Below, piece after piece: positions 1 through 12,213 of a DNA stretch of 64,000 bases. This DNA is from Eledone cirrhosa. Its lineage: Eukaryota. The notes beneath the pieces were generated by a model. It saw only the letters and a list, made by a program, of their open reading frames with translations, did not search any database and had not been told where the DNA came from. Numbering within the stretch: position 1 is the first letter of the stretch; each line of letters opens with the position of its first letter. A program made the translations under genes and the position numbers. The stretch spans positions 45,260,001-45,324,000 of the forward strand of contig OZ024742.1 of the NCBI GenBank assembly GCA_964016885.1, given 5' to 3'.

Positions 1-330
1 AGCAGTTGTTCTATATAACTCCACCAGTCAGTCAGTAATACCCGAGCACTGAACGGGTGTATGTAAAACAGTCTCTTCACTCTGTGTGCATCTTGGACAT
101 GTCTGCCTGGAGACATTTCCGTGTCTCCCTGAAAGACCAAGAATTTCTGATAATTATCCATAGAAGTCCCAAGCCTGAAATCCTCTAGAACAGAACTGAC
201 CAGTTTAACTTCATCGATGCGAAGAGCTTCCTGGGTAGCGTCGTCACTCGTCCCCGCCATTAATCCTCTTTAGATTGCTTGAGTGGAACTTGCACTGACA
301 ACGCTGCTCGATTGGTTGAAGACGGGGAGT
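1..330 (-). mobile_element. Degenerate Tx1/L1-type LINE ORF2 C-terminal fragment (zinc-knuckle region)
   Basis: Minus-strand frames give MDNYQKFLVFQ and, after a frameshift, CPRCTQSEETVLHTPVQC (C-x2-C...H...C zf-RVT-like) then W.YIEQL. It runs off the window edge. Confidence 0.5.
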
Positions 331-896
331 GATTGACAATGGAATCACACATATCTACGCAGATTCTTCGCCGGTGACCTTTATTCAAACATTGCTAATA
401 TAAAGTTGACCACAATTAAATAATTCATTTCCATAGGTGACTAGGCAAGTGCCGAAGCGGTCACGTATATTTTTCTTACGTTCCCAAAATTCATCTCTGC
501 CAACAGAAGTTAACTACTAAATGAGACTCTGTGCTAGTTGAGTTATAAGGCCCCTTACTTGGGCCCGGAAGGGGGTAATTCATCATAAAAATTCTTTTGG
601 GCAGGAAGAGGGGAACACCACTGGCCAACTGGGCCCTGTGCGTAAGCACACCTTATCATAATCGTAAATCCGGCACTATCTGCCAAGATCTCTCAGATTT
701 CAAAATGGCTGAATTAAAGTTGGAGAAGAGAATAGTAGCCGCAGGACTTAATGTCTCCTGTTAGATAGTAGCAGGCCTACCAAATGTAAATACAGACAGA
801 AAGGAAGCTATACAAAGAAAACGATAGAAACTTGGCAGTTAACAATAACCAACTCCACTTTAGCGACAACAGAAGTTAGTCGTAAGAATAATAACG

Positions 897-1955
897 ATGA
901 CGACAACAACACCATCACCAACACTACCACCACCAACACCACCATCACCAACACCACCAACACTACCACCACCAACACTACCACCACCAACACCACCATC
1001 ACCAACACCACCAACACTACCACCACCAACACTACCACCACCAACACCACCATCACCAACACCACCAACACTACCACCACCAACACTACCACCACCAACA
1101 CCACCATCACCAACACTACCAACACCACCATCACCAACACTACCAACACCACCATCACCAACACTACCAACACCACCATCACCAACACTACCACCACCAA
1201 CACTACCACCACCAACACCACCAACACTACCACCACCAACACCACCATCACCAACACTACCAACACCATCACCACCAACACTACCAACACTACCAACACC
1301 AACACCACCATCACCACCAACACTACCAACACCACCATCACCAACACTACCAACACTACCAACACCACCAACACTACCACCACCAACACTACCACCACCA
1401 ACACTACCAACACCACCAACACTACCACCACCAACACTACCACCACCAACACTACCGCCACCACCACTACCAATACCACCATCACCAACACTACCAACAC
1501 TACCAACATCACCAACACTACCAACACTACCACCACCAACACCAACACCACCATCACCAACACTACCAACACTACCACCACTACCACCACCAACACTACC
1601 AACACTACCAACACTACCAACATCACCAACACTACCAACACCACCATCACCAACACTACCAACACCACCAACACTACCAACACCACCATCACCACCAACA
1701 CTACCAACACCATCACCAACACTACCAACACCATCACCAACACTACCAACACCACCACCATCACTACCAACACCACCATCACCAACACTACCAACACCAA
1801 CACCACCACCATCACTACCAACACCACCACCATCACTACCAACACCACCATCACCAACACTACCAACACCAACACCATCACCAACACTACCAACACCATC
1901 ACCATCACTAACACTACCAACACCACCATCACCAACACTACTAACACCACCACCA
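897..1955. repeat. Low-complexity ACC/AAC/ACT/ATC trinucleotide mosaic repeat
   Basis: Directly visible. It generates the Pro/Thr-rich and Val-rich pseudo-ORFs. Confidence 0.95.
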
Positions 1956-2085
1956 TTACTGGTACTTTATTTTATCGACCCTGTAAGGATGAAAGGCAAA
2001 GTTTACCTCAGCGGGAATTGACGCAAAAGGCTGTAATGCCGCAAAGCATGTTGTCCGGCGCTCTACCGATACTGCCAACCTACCA
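1955..2085 (-). mobile_element. tRNA-derived SINE with Nin/Deu domain (fragment)
   Basis: Reverse complement of gcctttcatccttac..gtcgataaaataaagtaccagt. Confidence 0.8.
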
Positions 2086-2204
2086 TTCTTATATTGATAC
2101 TAATAATGATATCAACAACATAATCACAGCAGCAACAACAACAATATCTATTATTACCATTATCACTATTTTCGTCATTATTACCCTTATTATTTATACT
2201 CAGA

Positions 2205-2582
2205 ACAGCCCTTTACGTTCTGAGTTCAAATCCTGTCGAGGTCAGCTTTACAAGGTCGATAAAATAAAGTACCAGTAACGCACTGGAGGCAATACAATCG
2301 ACTTTTCCCTCTCCCAAATTGCTTGCCTTGTTCCTAAATCAGAAACCATTATTAACATCAACATAGGACAGTAGATTGGCAAAATTGTTAAAGCTTTGGA
2401 CAAAATGTTTTATAGTATTTGGTGATTTTTTACATTCAGAGTTCAAATCTCGCCGAGATAAACTTTGCCTTACGTTATTCCGAAATCCATAAAATAAAGT
2501 ATCAGTTAAGTACTGGAGTTGATTTATTCAGCTTTCTTTCCCTCACAAAATTACTGACCTTGTATCTAAAGTAGAAATCATT
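2205..2582 (+). mobile_element. Two tandem degenerate Nin-domain SINE copies
   Basis: B-box gagttcaaatc followed by gtcgataaaataaagtaccagt-like cores at about 2222-2278 and 2438-2506. Confidence 0.75.
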
Positions 2583-3477
2583 TCCAATAAAACAAAATAA
2601 TTGCTGAAAATAAGATTAAATCATTCTTTTAGTGTAAATTACTTCACTGTTCCTCGGAAGTGTTTAGAGTGTCACATACTTGAATAAAAGATCCATGTGT
2701 CTTGTGTTAGCTAAAGCTCGTTGCTATAAAGTAGTATTGCTCTGGTACCTGACAGAGTTAAATCTGCCCCAACTGGAGGAGGAATTCTTTAGCCTTGGTT
2801 GGTAACCATCTTAGAGATGGTCTCTCGATAAAAATATTGGTAGTCATATAGCCTTAAAACTACAACCCTCTGATAAGTAGAATGGCAAATAATAATTTAC
2901 TCCACAGCGGCGCGAATGATGCTGGAATCAATGGTGTCCCCTTGTACAGCAAGATGAACTCGGTCTTTACCTTATAAATGCTGGAAATGTTTAGACTATT
3001 TCACCTAAATTGAAAAGAGGAAAATTTGACGGATCCGAGCTCAATAGGACAGTTATGGAGGTACACATTCGAATCAAACTGAACACAATGCGGTCTATTG
3101 GCTCAAATTGGGTATATTTGATGTAAGAAAACAAATACTAAATAGCCAAGCTAGACAGATAAAAGCAAACGTGTGAATGACATAAGTGAATATCGAAGAG
3201 TTTATGAGAAGTGTTCAGAATTGAAGAAGGAAGTTATGATGGTGCATATGTCCTAGATTTTAGGACATCTGCACCATCTAGGACTTAGGTAATCAAGAGC
3301 ATGATGTTCTTGAGATAATACTAATACAGAACATAACTGAACCAAGAAATCTTATGTGAACTGACAAAACATGTAGAAGCTTATTTCATTGATTGGAAAT
3401 CTATTTTCTGTCTTCAGTGAATTGGTTCTCACGTGAAGAAGGTAAACAAAAAAACGACGCGTGTGTTTTATTAGATA

Positions 3478-4179
3478 CTAACTGAGGTTCCCGGCTTCGC
3501 CCAAGAGAACAGTTAAGAAAAGACAGATAAAAGAGAAAACGATTGTATTGGATGTGTTGTCAAGTATGAGGTGAGAACGTAATGTGTGTGTGTAAGAGAG
3601 AGAGAGAGAGACATAAAAAAAATCATGAAACTTTATTAGGCTGGGAGAGTAAACTGCCGATTAAATGGTAGCATTAGCCTTGGATTTTAAATGTGAAATC
3701 ACCATAGTCAATATGATATTTTTCAGCTCCAAAGGACGTCATCTGAAACGCAGCAATATACCGCATAACATTGCTTCTGAAGTGTTTAGCTTCGTTAGTA
3801 CGGTCTGTAAGCAGTATATGGGTAAAATCTGGAGGGTAGATTAATTTCAAATAGTATCAATTTTTCTTTGTTCTGTAAAATCAAAGACTGTAAAACTACT
3901 TTATAAAAGCAAACGCAATATTGTTAAACCTTCAACTGATATACTTTGAGCTATAGTTTAAGCCAATTCTAGACTTTTGTGGGACGTCACACACACTCTC
4001 TCTGAATATCTAACACTTTAATTGTATCTCTCTCTGTATAACGGCCTATCTCTCTCTTTCTGCTTCTCCCTCTGTGTCTCTCTCTCTCTCTCTCTCTCTC
4101 TTTAGATGTGTGTGTGTGTGGGTGGTTTTCGCGGGATTCAACCAACCAAAAAACATCTCTCTTTTATATTATATATAGA
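3478..4179 (-). mobile_element. Non-autonomous Helitron
   Basis: Minus strand starts A|TCTATATAT and ends with GC-rich gggcgaagccggg then TTAG|T. Same terminal architecture as 30488-31542. Confidence 0.6.
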
Positions 4180-4560
4180 TGACGGGTTAAAAGAGGAGTT
4201 AAACAAAATGTGTGACTATCTGACTAATGTATATCGCAAAGATCTTGATTTTGACGACATTCAAAATGACTGCGAACATTTCAAGCAGAAAATAGTTTTA
4301 ATTGCATTGTATAGAAGAAAAAAAGATTAAAAAGAAACAATTTGGGACAATTTGAAATCTGTATTTCCCAACGTTGAAATTACATTTCGAGTGTTCACAT
4401 GCACAATGGTAACCAACTATACAGAGAAACTGTTCATTTTCAAGACTGAAAATTATAAAGAAGCAGCTTTGTAGTACATTGGAAGAGTAACATATGAATT
4501 GGCTTGCATTCCTTTGTAGCCTGATGACAATTGACACCAGACAAATTATAAAACAATTCT
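4180..4560 (+). pseudogene. hAT transposase C-terminal dimerization domain remnant
   Basis: Frameshifted translation LKSVFPNVEITFRVFTCTMVTN...SFSRLKIIKKQLCSTLEE*HMNWLAFL matches the hAT dimerization motif (FPN...ERSFSxLKxIK..LRST). Confidence 0.75.
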
Positions 4561-5230
4561 TGCAAACGTATATGTTGAATGCTTGATTAATAATAATAAA
4601 TTAATAATATATAATTCATAGTAATTTCAGAGTGCGTGCAAAATGAGGGTGGGTGGCATCTTGCATGAATATGAGGCCATTGGTGTTGTCCCAAGTGGTC
4701 ACAGTAGGCTAAACATTATAACTAATTTACAATAGGCAGTTTCTTTCCACCCACCATGTATATGTTGAAATTTAGGTATTTTTCAATTCTATTGTTATAT
4801 TGTTCAAAGACTGAACAAAGACTGTGTTAATTTATCTTCACTGTACAGTATATATTTTAATATCTAAACACTAATTTTGTTGGAAGTACCAACAAATCTA
4901 CGTTTAATTTTATGTGGGTTCTGTAAATATCAAAAGAGGCCGATAATCTCATCGAGATTTGTGTCATGGCCTCTGTGCAGTATGTGCACATTACAAAAGT
5001 TATCACATTTTGATAACCACCCTAGTGAGGAATGACACAAGTTCTGGAGAAAGGTATATATTATATATATATATACACCTTATATACATATATATATATA
5101 TATACACATATATGTATGTGTTTGTGTGTGTGTGCGCGCATGTGCGTAAAAGGTAATCAGAAATAATAACACAATCGGTACAGTGTATGGAAGGAATATA
5201 TTAGTTTAACACTTGAAATAGCAGGAAGAA

Positions 5231-5270
5231 TATCTTAACGTTTCGGACGCTAGTCCTTCATCAGAAGAAA
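5231..5270 (-). ncRNA. Minimal type I hammerhead ribozyme in a PLE pLTR remnant
   Basis: Minus strand: tctt-CTGATGA-a-ggac(tagc)gtcc-GAAAC-GTT-aaga. The downstream flank 5153-5230 is homologous to 32370-32452 (+). Confidence 0.8.
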
Positions 5271-5400
5271 GAATGAGAAATTAGAAAGATTGAAGGGATG
5301 GGCGAGGGGGTGGAATTGGAAAAACGTTTTTAAAGAAAAATAATATTGTTGCCATCATATGTATATATGTGTGTGTGTGTGTGTGTGTTTATATATATAT

Positions 5401-5595
5401 ATAGGAAAAAGTATGACCCCGACGGCAGAGCTCAAGCCGTTTCGACGGCTATTTCTGGACAGAAATAGCCGTCGAAACGGCTTGAGCTCTGCCGTCGGGG
5501 TCATACTTTTTCCTATTACCCATTCTACTACCCTAAGTATTGAGTACTCTGGTGCGTTATGGTCCATCTGGTTCCTTACCACAACTCCTTCGTTA
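5401..5595 (+). mobile_element. Mini PLE insertion (fold-back pLTR) in (TA)n
   Basis: Perfect inverted arms 5401-5457 and 5460-5516 plus a tail to about 5595. Same family and same termini as 27534-30454. Confidence 0.75.
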
Positions 5596-6086
5596 TATAT
5601 ATATATATAGGGGTATAGGGGTCATCTCCCTTGTCTAATGCCATGTGCGTTTTTCACCGCTAGTTGACTCCTTTGCCGCCAGGATAAAACTCGTTGACAA
5701 CGTAAACTCCATTCCACTTATTCTAGTAGGCTTTTATATTTATATGTGAGCTGATAGAGTACTGTCTAAGGATTTACAGAAACCCATGAAGCTAGATTTA
5801 ACACCTTTCTAGTGGGTCCGGGTATGATTTTACATTCATTTAAATTATTGACGTATTGTTTTATTGATATTTTTTATCTGTTTGGCCCGAATCTTCCTTT
5901 ATCGATTTTAAATCGTATGGTTGATTGTAGACTTGTTCTATATGTGACGGTATTTTAACGATAGTTATAGCTCTGATTCATCTGAATTATTGAGCCCTCT
6001 GCCGCTCATATCGGATTTCGTTTTTCGTTAACTCGTGCGCCGATTTTTCGATACTCGATCTTTCTAATATATATATATATATATTA

Positions 6087-6251
6087 ATTTATTAAAATAA
6101 CAGATTAAAGTTAAGGGTGAAAGCAGCGATTCTTTGCTTAAACTTTAATCTGTTATTTTAATAAATATTTGCTCTACGGTTCTTATATATTTGATATATA
6201 TTTATCCTTATCGAGCCCTCTTTGGATTTTAGTCTTCAAATTTATTATTAT

Positions 6252-6255
<4 letters not shown>
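6087..6255 (+). mobile_element. Mini PLE-type pLTR with short terminal inversion
   Basis: 26-bp inverted arms 6087-6112 and 6141-6166, a hammerhead 3' half (GAAAgca...tgcTT) and (TA)n flanks. A second copy lies at 25805-25948 (-). Confidence 0.55.
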
Positions 6256-6298
<43 letters not shown>

Positions 6299-6479
6299 TC
6301 AGGTTTCCTATTTTTAGGTTAATTAAATGTAACTATGTCCCTAGGGTAAATGCTTGTGAAATGTTCTTTTTAGAATACTTTACCGGGATCTACCCATCGG
6401 TGATTTTGTATAACATGTTCTATATATATGTGTATATTATATATATATATATAATTGGAAACTCTGCTTCGTAGAATCG

Positions 6480-6576
6480 AGACATATCTGAGGATCTTGC
6501 GATTTGAGAGTCAGGTTTGATCATTGCATCGATCGTGCCTCGAGCTGGTCGCCAGAGAAACGATTGTAATATGTCT
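6480..6576 (+). ncRNA. Type I hammerhead ribozyme with long stem II
   Basis: agacatat-CTGAGGA-tcttgcga...tcgccaga-GAAAC-gatt-GTA-atatgtct. Stem I is a perfect 8 bp. Confidence 0.8.
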
Positions 6577-6853
6577 AATAAATCTTATTCGTCGCACCAC
6601 CGATTCTCCATTTCTTATGTGATATATATATGTGTGTGTGCATGTGTGTGTGTGTGTGTGTCTTTAATATGTTAAGGTATCTTTTCATATTAAATATATG
6701 ATCTTCATGCTTCTCAGGAAAAAAGCCCAATGAAAGAAGCATATATCGTTTGAGAAACACATAATATTTTGTACATATATATAGAGAGAGATGCATATAT
6801 ATAATCATATGCAGGAAAATATACATACTTTAAGATGGTAAAAAGTTATTTTT

Positions 6854-6929
6854 TTCCGTGCAGCGCTGTTTCATAGACAATCAATTATCGATCACCAACT
6901 ATCGAAAGTTGGCTCATTCATCAGTGGAA
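6854..6929 (-). ncRNA. Degenerate hammerhead ribozyme
   Basis: Minus strand: ttcca-CTGATGA-at...at-GAAA-cagcgctg-CA-cggaa. Position 16.1 and one stem I base appear mutated T>C. Confidence 0.5.
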
Positions 6930-7384
6930 GTGTCTTAATATATGCACCCCCCCCCCTCCCTATACGTATATTTTACTCCCCAAACTACTAAAACACACAT
7001 CCATTTGTATAGCGCTGCAATTTATGTACATGTTATGTTTATCACATATCGAAGTTTTTTTTTTATATCTTGGTTGATATTTGATAGTAAATTTGTTTAT
7101 CATGTCATAACTTTTTCCCCACATATCACTATTTGCCAATTACTAGATGTGTATTCAGAGACAGATTTCATAGGTCATTTTGCTATAATCACTTTATAAT
7201 TATTGAAAGATGTAAATGTAATATGACTTGCTTGGACTCTTATTATTATTATTTGATAATAACAGCTAAACTAATTGACAAAATTTGTCCCGCCCCAAAA
7301 AATTCAGAAATTGTTCCGCCGCCCCTCTCTATATATAACTTTGATAGCGGCAAGTGTTGGTCTAAACCATGTCTAACTTAATAG

Positions 7385-7742
7385 CACCACCAAGAGATGT
7401 CTTTCAAATCAGGATTTGGACACTCAAGTAGAGAGTTATTGTTTTCGGAGACATATCCGAGTGTAGTAGATTTATCTGGAATTTCTTGGAGGAATTAGTC
7501 CAAAGACTTCTTGAATTTTATGGGATATGTTTCTGTTTTAATGTGTTTTGGTTTAATGCTAAAGAGAGCAGCACCAGTTGAGGTGAAATAATTGTGCCGT
7601 AATGTTGTTATGAGATGCGAGTTTGATTTTTGATGTGGGCGGATAGCACGGGGCCCAAGCCTTAGGTGTACTTTAAAGGTGATGCCTACATCATTTGGGC
7701 AATGCTAATGCAGATAATGTAGCGCTCACGGCGGCGATGGGT
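7385..7742 (-). mobile_element. CR1-clade LINE 3' fragment
   Basis: Minus translation RRRERYII / PNDVGITFKVHLRLGPRAIRP...NYFTSTGAALFS...FKKSLD*FLQEIPD resembles CR1 ORF2 C-termini. Confidence 0.7.
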
Positions 7743-7930
7743 GATGTATACGTCCATGTTAACGTTTGTGCCTATCGGTGTTTACTGATTGAAACTAGTA
7801 AATGAATAAAAAATATATATGGGGGGATCTATACATACATATATATATACATGTAGCATTCTGTAGCTGGCAATTACAACCTATACGTCTTTCTTTACTC
7901 TCCTTTGAGATTTGATTGTATACTTCCACT

Positions 7931-7995
<65 letters not shown>

Positions 7996-8032
7996 AGATA
8001 GATAGATACATACATACATATACATACATATA

Positions 8033-8099
<67 letters not shown>

Positions 8100-8102
<3 letters not shown>

Positions 8103-8558
8103 GATATTAAATAAATGGAAACTATATTTATAAAACCATATTTATTTCATTATATATATTTCAGGGATATCATATTAACAATATGTTATGCCTTCTTCAG
8201 ACAAAATACAATATAGACAGTTTTATAGATAAATAGATTTGACATACCGTTCAACATCGACTTGTATTTGAAAAAGTTGATTTGACTGCCAAATCAACTT
8301 TTTCAAATACAAGTCGATGTTGAACGGTATGTCAAATCTATTTATCTATAAAACTGTCTATATTGTATTTTGTCTGAAGAAGGCATAACATATTGTTAAT
8401 ATGATATCCCTGAAATATATATAATGAAATAAATATGGTTTTATAAATATAGTTTCCATTTATTTAATATCGTAAATATACTCCAAATACTTGTTGAGTG
8501 CTTTTATATCAGTTATAAATATTTACTAGTTGTAACCCAACAATTTAAATATAACTTT

Positions 8559-8562
<4 letters not shown>
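8100..8562 (+). mobile_element. Fold-back PLE pLTR insertion (185-bp perfect arms) in (TA)n
   Basis: Arms 8100-8284 and 8290-8474 with a 5-nt loop and an unpaired tail to about 8562. Contains a hammerhead motif. Confidence 0.75.
8366..8431 (+). ncRNA. Type I hammerhead ribozyme (mirror copy at 8143-8208 on -)
   Basis: tattttgt-CTGAAGA-agg...cct-GAAA-tatata-TA-atgaaata. Stem I is 8 bp with two G-U pairs. Confidence 0.7.
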
Positions 8563-8604
<42 letters not shown>

Positions 8605-8606
<2 letters not shown>

Positions 8607-8666
8607 GGATTAACAAATAATAGTTAAATGCAGTCCAACTTAGGTGGATGTAAACCTTCTTTCCTG

Positions 8667-8671
<5 letters not shown>
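8605..8671. mobile_element. 67-bp mini-insertion of the PLE family at 34802-37532
   Basis: Left part matches 34802-34842 and right part matches 37509-37532. (TA)n on both sides. Confidence 0.75.
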
Positions 8672-8710
<39 letters not shown>

Positions 8711-8761
8711 TGTATATATATATATATATACATACATATACTGTATATATATATGTGTACG

Positions 8762-9042
<281 letters not shown>

Positions 9043-9046
9043 TTAT

Positions 9047-9357
9047 GGAGGCACATGGCTTAGTGGTTAGAGCATTGGCCTTGCAATCGAAAGGCTGTGA
9101 GTTCAATTCTCAAACCGGGTGATGTGTTGTTGTTTCCTTGAGCAAGACACTTTATTTTACATTGCTCCAGTTTACTCAGCTGTAGAAATGAGATGCAAAG
9201 TGGTCGTGGAGGTGTCACGGCAAAAAGCACACAGCACTCACTGTAAATGAGGTTGGTGTTAGGAAGGGCATCCAGCTGTAGAAATCAAGCCAGAATCAGT
9301 TCCCGTCCCACCCTTGCAAGCAGGGAAAAGTGGACGTAAAATGATGATGATGATGAT
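9047..9357 (+). mobile_element. tRNA-headed Meta-domain SINE with RTE-like 3' end and (ATG)n tail
   Basis: A-box tggcttagtgg, B-box gagttcaattc, core ccttgagcaagacacttta..tgctccagt, 3' end ggaagggcatccagctgtagaaa...gatgatgat. Inverted relative at 32963-33281. Confidence 0.8.
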
Positions 9358-9390
9358 ATATAATATATATATATAATATATATATATATA

Positions 9391-9920
9391 CATGATGATG
9401 GCTGCCCCCTCGTTATCGAGTATGGCCATTGCACGATATACCATTATTAATGATTATTAATTAATTCTATCGTGCAATGCATGTACGTGAAGATATTTTG
9501 TAAAGTGAGGGAAGACTGTGCACTGAGCCAATCCCACTCTCTGAGCGACAGTAACTATAACCTGAAAAGAAGGAAAAGATCAACACCATCGGTAACTACT
9601 GAGCCGCAGATTTTATATCGGAGTTATCCCAGTTTCCTGAGTTGCCTTCTCCGAGAAGAATTCCCTGACAAAGGTTAGGGGTCCTTCACTCCCAGTACTT
9701 TAACCGCGCGGTACATGTGTATATACATATTTACACTTTCGGATGGCCGTTAACTCTTATGAGTTCTTCCGCCTTTTGTCATGTTTTGTTTTTTGTCCAA
9801 AATCACCCTCCTCACCAAGTAAACTTTGTGGGGTTGCCGGTTTAGTCGCCGACCACCCGACCATGCCACAGGTTGTACTGGGTTACATGTTACCAGTAGC
9901 ACTCAAGAGTGACCCGACAT
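9391..9920 (-). mobile_element. Bipartite RTE-derived non-autonomous element (family B)
   Basis: 3' end gcaatggccatactcgataacgagggggcagccatcatcatg is shared with 11697-11741 and 22640-22682. The 5' part is homologous to 25365-25485. Confidence 0.7.
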
Positions 9921-10929
9921 ATAAATACATATATATATACACACACACACACGCGCACATATACATATACATATATATATATATATATATATATGTGTAC
10001 AGGAGCAAAGAAAATAGAGGAAAATATATAGGGCAGACGAGGCAGTGACAAAAAAGAAGAAAACTTACGACAAGGTTGAATGGTTTGTTCATCATATTAG
10101 CAGATAATCAAGTAGAATTTAAGATAGAGAGGGGGGGGGGTTACCATAAATATAAATAACTACATAAATTAGTTAAATCAGAAAATAAATGTACACAGAC
10201 AGAGAAATAATTTAACTTACGGGGCTGGAGGTGATAATGAAGTCGGTAGTGTTACTCCTGCTGGCACATACGTTACGATTTCATTTAGCAAATGCATCTT
10301 AATACCTGAAGTAATGCTGCTCACCCCTTTTACTGTCTCTCGCGTCCTATCTCTCTTCCCACACACACCCTGTCACTCAATGTCCTCTGCTAACACCTTT
10401 AACCACTCACCCACCACACCTTCTACGCTCCAGGTATGCTACAAAGGAACTGATTCCTATGGCTTTATTATAATTCTTAGCTTCTTTTACGAAATCCCAT
10501 AAGAATTCTCTTTTCGACGACATCGCAGTTTAAACTCATTAAATCGTCTCGATAAAATCCCACCTGTAAACATCAGTTACAACTTACACCTGTTAATAAA
10601 CTTTATTATTGACATCAAGCTACAGAGAGAAGGGAGGTGGTGAAAGAGAGGGGGGGGGGCTAGATAGAAAGAGAGGGGTGGGAGGAAGATAGAAAAAGAG
10701 GGGACGGAAAGGGTGAGAGAGAGAGGGAGATAGAAAGAGAGAGGACAAGAGAGGGAGACAGAGAGAGGGTGAGATTGAAAGAGAACAGAGGAGAGAGAGA
10801 GAAAGAGAGAGAGAGAGAAGGAGAGAGAGAGAGGGACATTTCCAAGGGCAACTGTACGAAGAGATGAAAGTATAACTGTAGAATCCGTTGTAAATATGAA
10901 GTAAAACAACCAAACATTGACTAAACTTC

Positions 10930-11118
10930 ATTGGTGAATTGGCAGTATCAGTAGAGGGTCGGACACCATACTTTCTAGCATAGTTACGTCCCTTTACGGT
11001 CTGAGTTCAAATCCCGCCGAGGTTAACTTTGCCTTTCATCCTTACGGGGTCGATAAAATAAAGTACCAGTAATGTACTGAGTAATTGCTGGCCTTGTGCC
11101 AAAAATAGAAACAATTAT
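10930..11118 (+). mobile_element. Nin-domain SINE
   Basis: Near-identical to 13813-13999 and 32736-32876. B-box and Nin core present. Confidence 0.85.
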
Positions 11119-11373
11119 TTTCTCTCTATAAGATTTTCTTTTCGCCCAATTTCATTGTTTTGGTTAACTTAATAACATAGCAGTTTGTTTGTTTGTTTGT
11201 TTGTTTGTTCGTATGTATGTATGTATGTATGTATGTATGTATGTATGTATGTATGTATGTATGTATGTATGTATGTATGTATGTATGTATGTATGTATGT
11301 ATGTATGTATGTATGTATGTATGTATGTATGTATGTATGTATGTATGTATGTATGTATGTATGTATGTATGTA

Positions 11374-11456
<83 letters not shown>

Positions 11457-11482
11457 ATGTATGTATGTATGTATGTATGTAT

Positions 11483-11741
11483 TGGTTGCCGACTCTGTGC
11501 AAGACATTTTAGATCATTGGCTGGGCTAAAAAGCCACATTCGATCGCAGCGCTGTTAATTGATATCGTGTGTGTGTGTGTATAGATATGTTTATGTATGT
11601 GCGTGTGTGTGTATATATGTATATTATTATTGTTGTTGTTGTCGTTATTATTATTGTTGTTATTATTATTATTTTTGTTATTAATATTTTTTTTTTCTCG
11701 TGCAATGGCCATACTCGATAACGAGGGGGCAGCCATCATCA
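11483..11741 (+). mobile_element. RTE LINE extreme 3' end with zinc-finger-like C-terminus and (ATGT)n tail
   Basis: CRLCARHFRSLAGLKSHIRSQRC* at 11487-11558, then a 3' UTR end shared with family B. Confidence 0.7.
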
Positions 11742-11777
11742 TGTATGTATGTATGTATGTATGTATGTATGTATGTA

Positions 11778-11815
11778 TGTTCTTCTGGTTTTATAATTTC
11801 ACAAATTTTTTCCCA
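11778..11815 (-). mobile_element. Dong/R4-type element 3'-terminal fragment
   Basis: ttctggttttataatttcacaaatttt matches the 3' terminus at 19005-19040. Confidence 0.7.
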
Positions 11816-12180
11816 TGTATGTATGTATGTGTGTATGTTTGTAGGTATGTATGTATGTATGTGTGTATGTATGTATGTGTGTGTGTATGTGTGTGTGTAT
11901 GTATATGTATGTATGTTTGTATGTGTGTGTGTGTATGTATGTGTATGTATGTATGTATGTATGTTAGTATGTATGTATGTGTATGTATGTATGTATTCAT
12001 GTATGTATGTTTGTATGTATGTATGTGTGTGTATGTATGAGTGTATGTATGCATTATGTATGTATGTGTGCATGCATGTATATATGTATTATGTAAGAAT
12101 GTATGTATATATGTATGTATGTGTATGTGTGTATGTATGTATGCATTTATGTATGTATGTATGTGTGTGTATGTATTACG

Positions 12181-12213
<33 letters not shown>

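Noticed and set aside
1-260. Open minus-strand frame starting MAGTSDD as a host gene
   Set aside because: Better explained as frameshifted Tx1/L1 ORF2, since the zinc knuckle is in another frame.
808-2021. Pro/Thr-rich (mucin/extensin-like) and Val-rich ORFs
   Set aside because: Both arise from a stop-free trinucleotide repeat, and the plus ORF ends inside a SINE.
2900-3470. Upstream part of the hAT transposase
   Set aside because: Plausible by position, but no motif could be recognised with confidence.
5746-5795. Hammerhead-like ctgataga...gaaacccatgaagct
   Set aside because: Core spacing and cleavage triplet are broken. At most a decayed copy.
9047-9120. tRNA gene
   Set aside because: It is the A/B-box head of a SINE that continues into a SINE core and tail.
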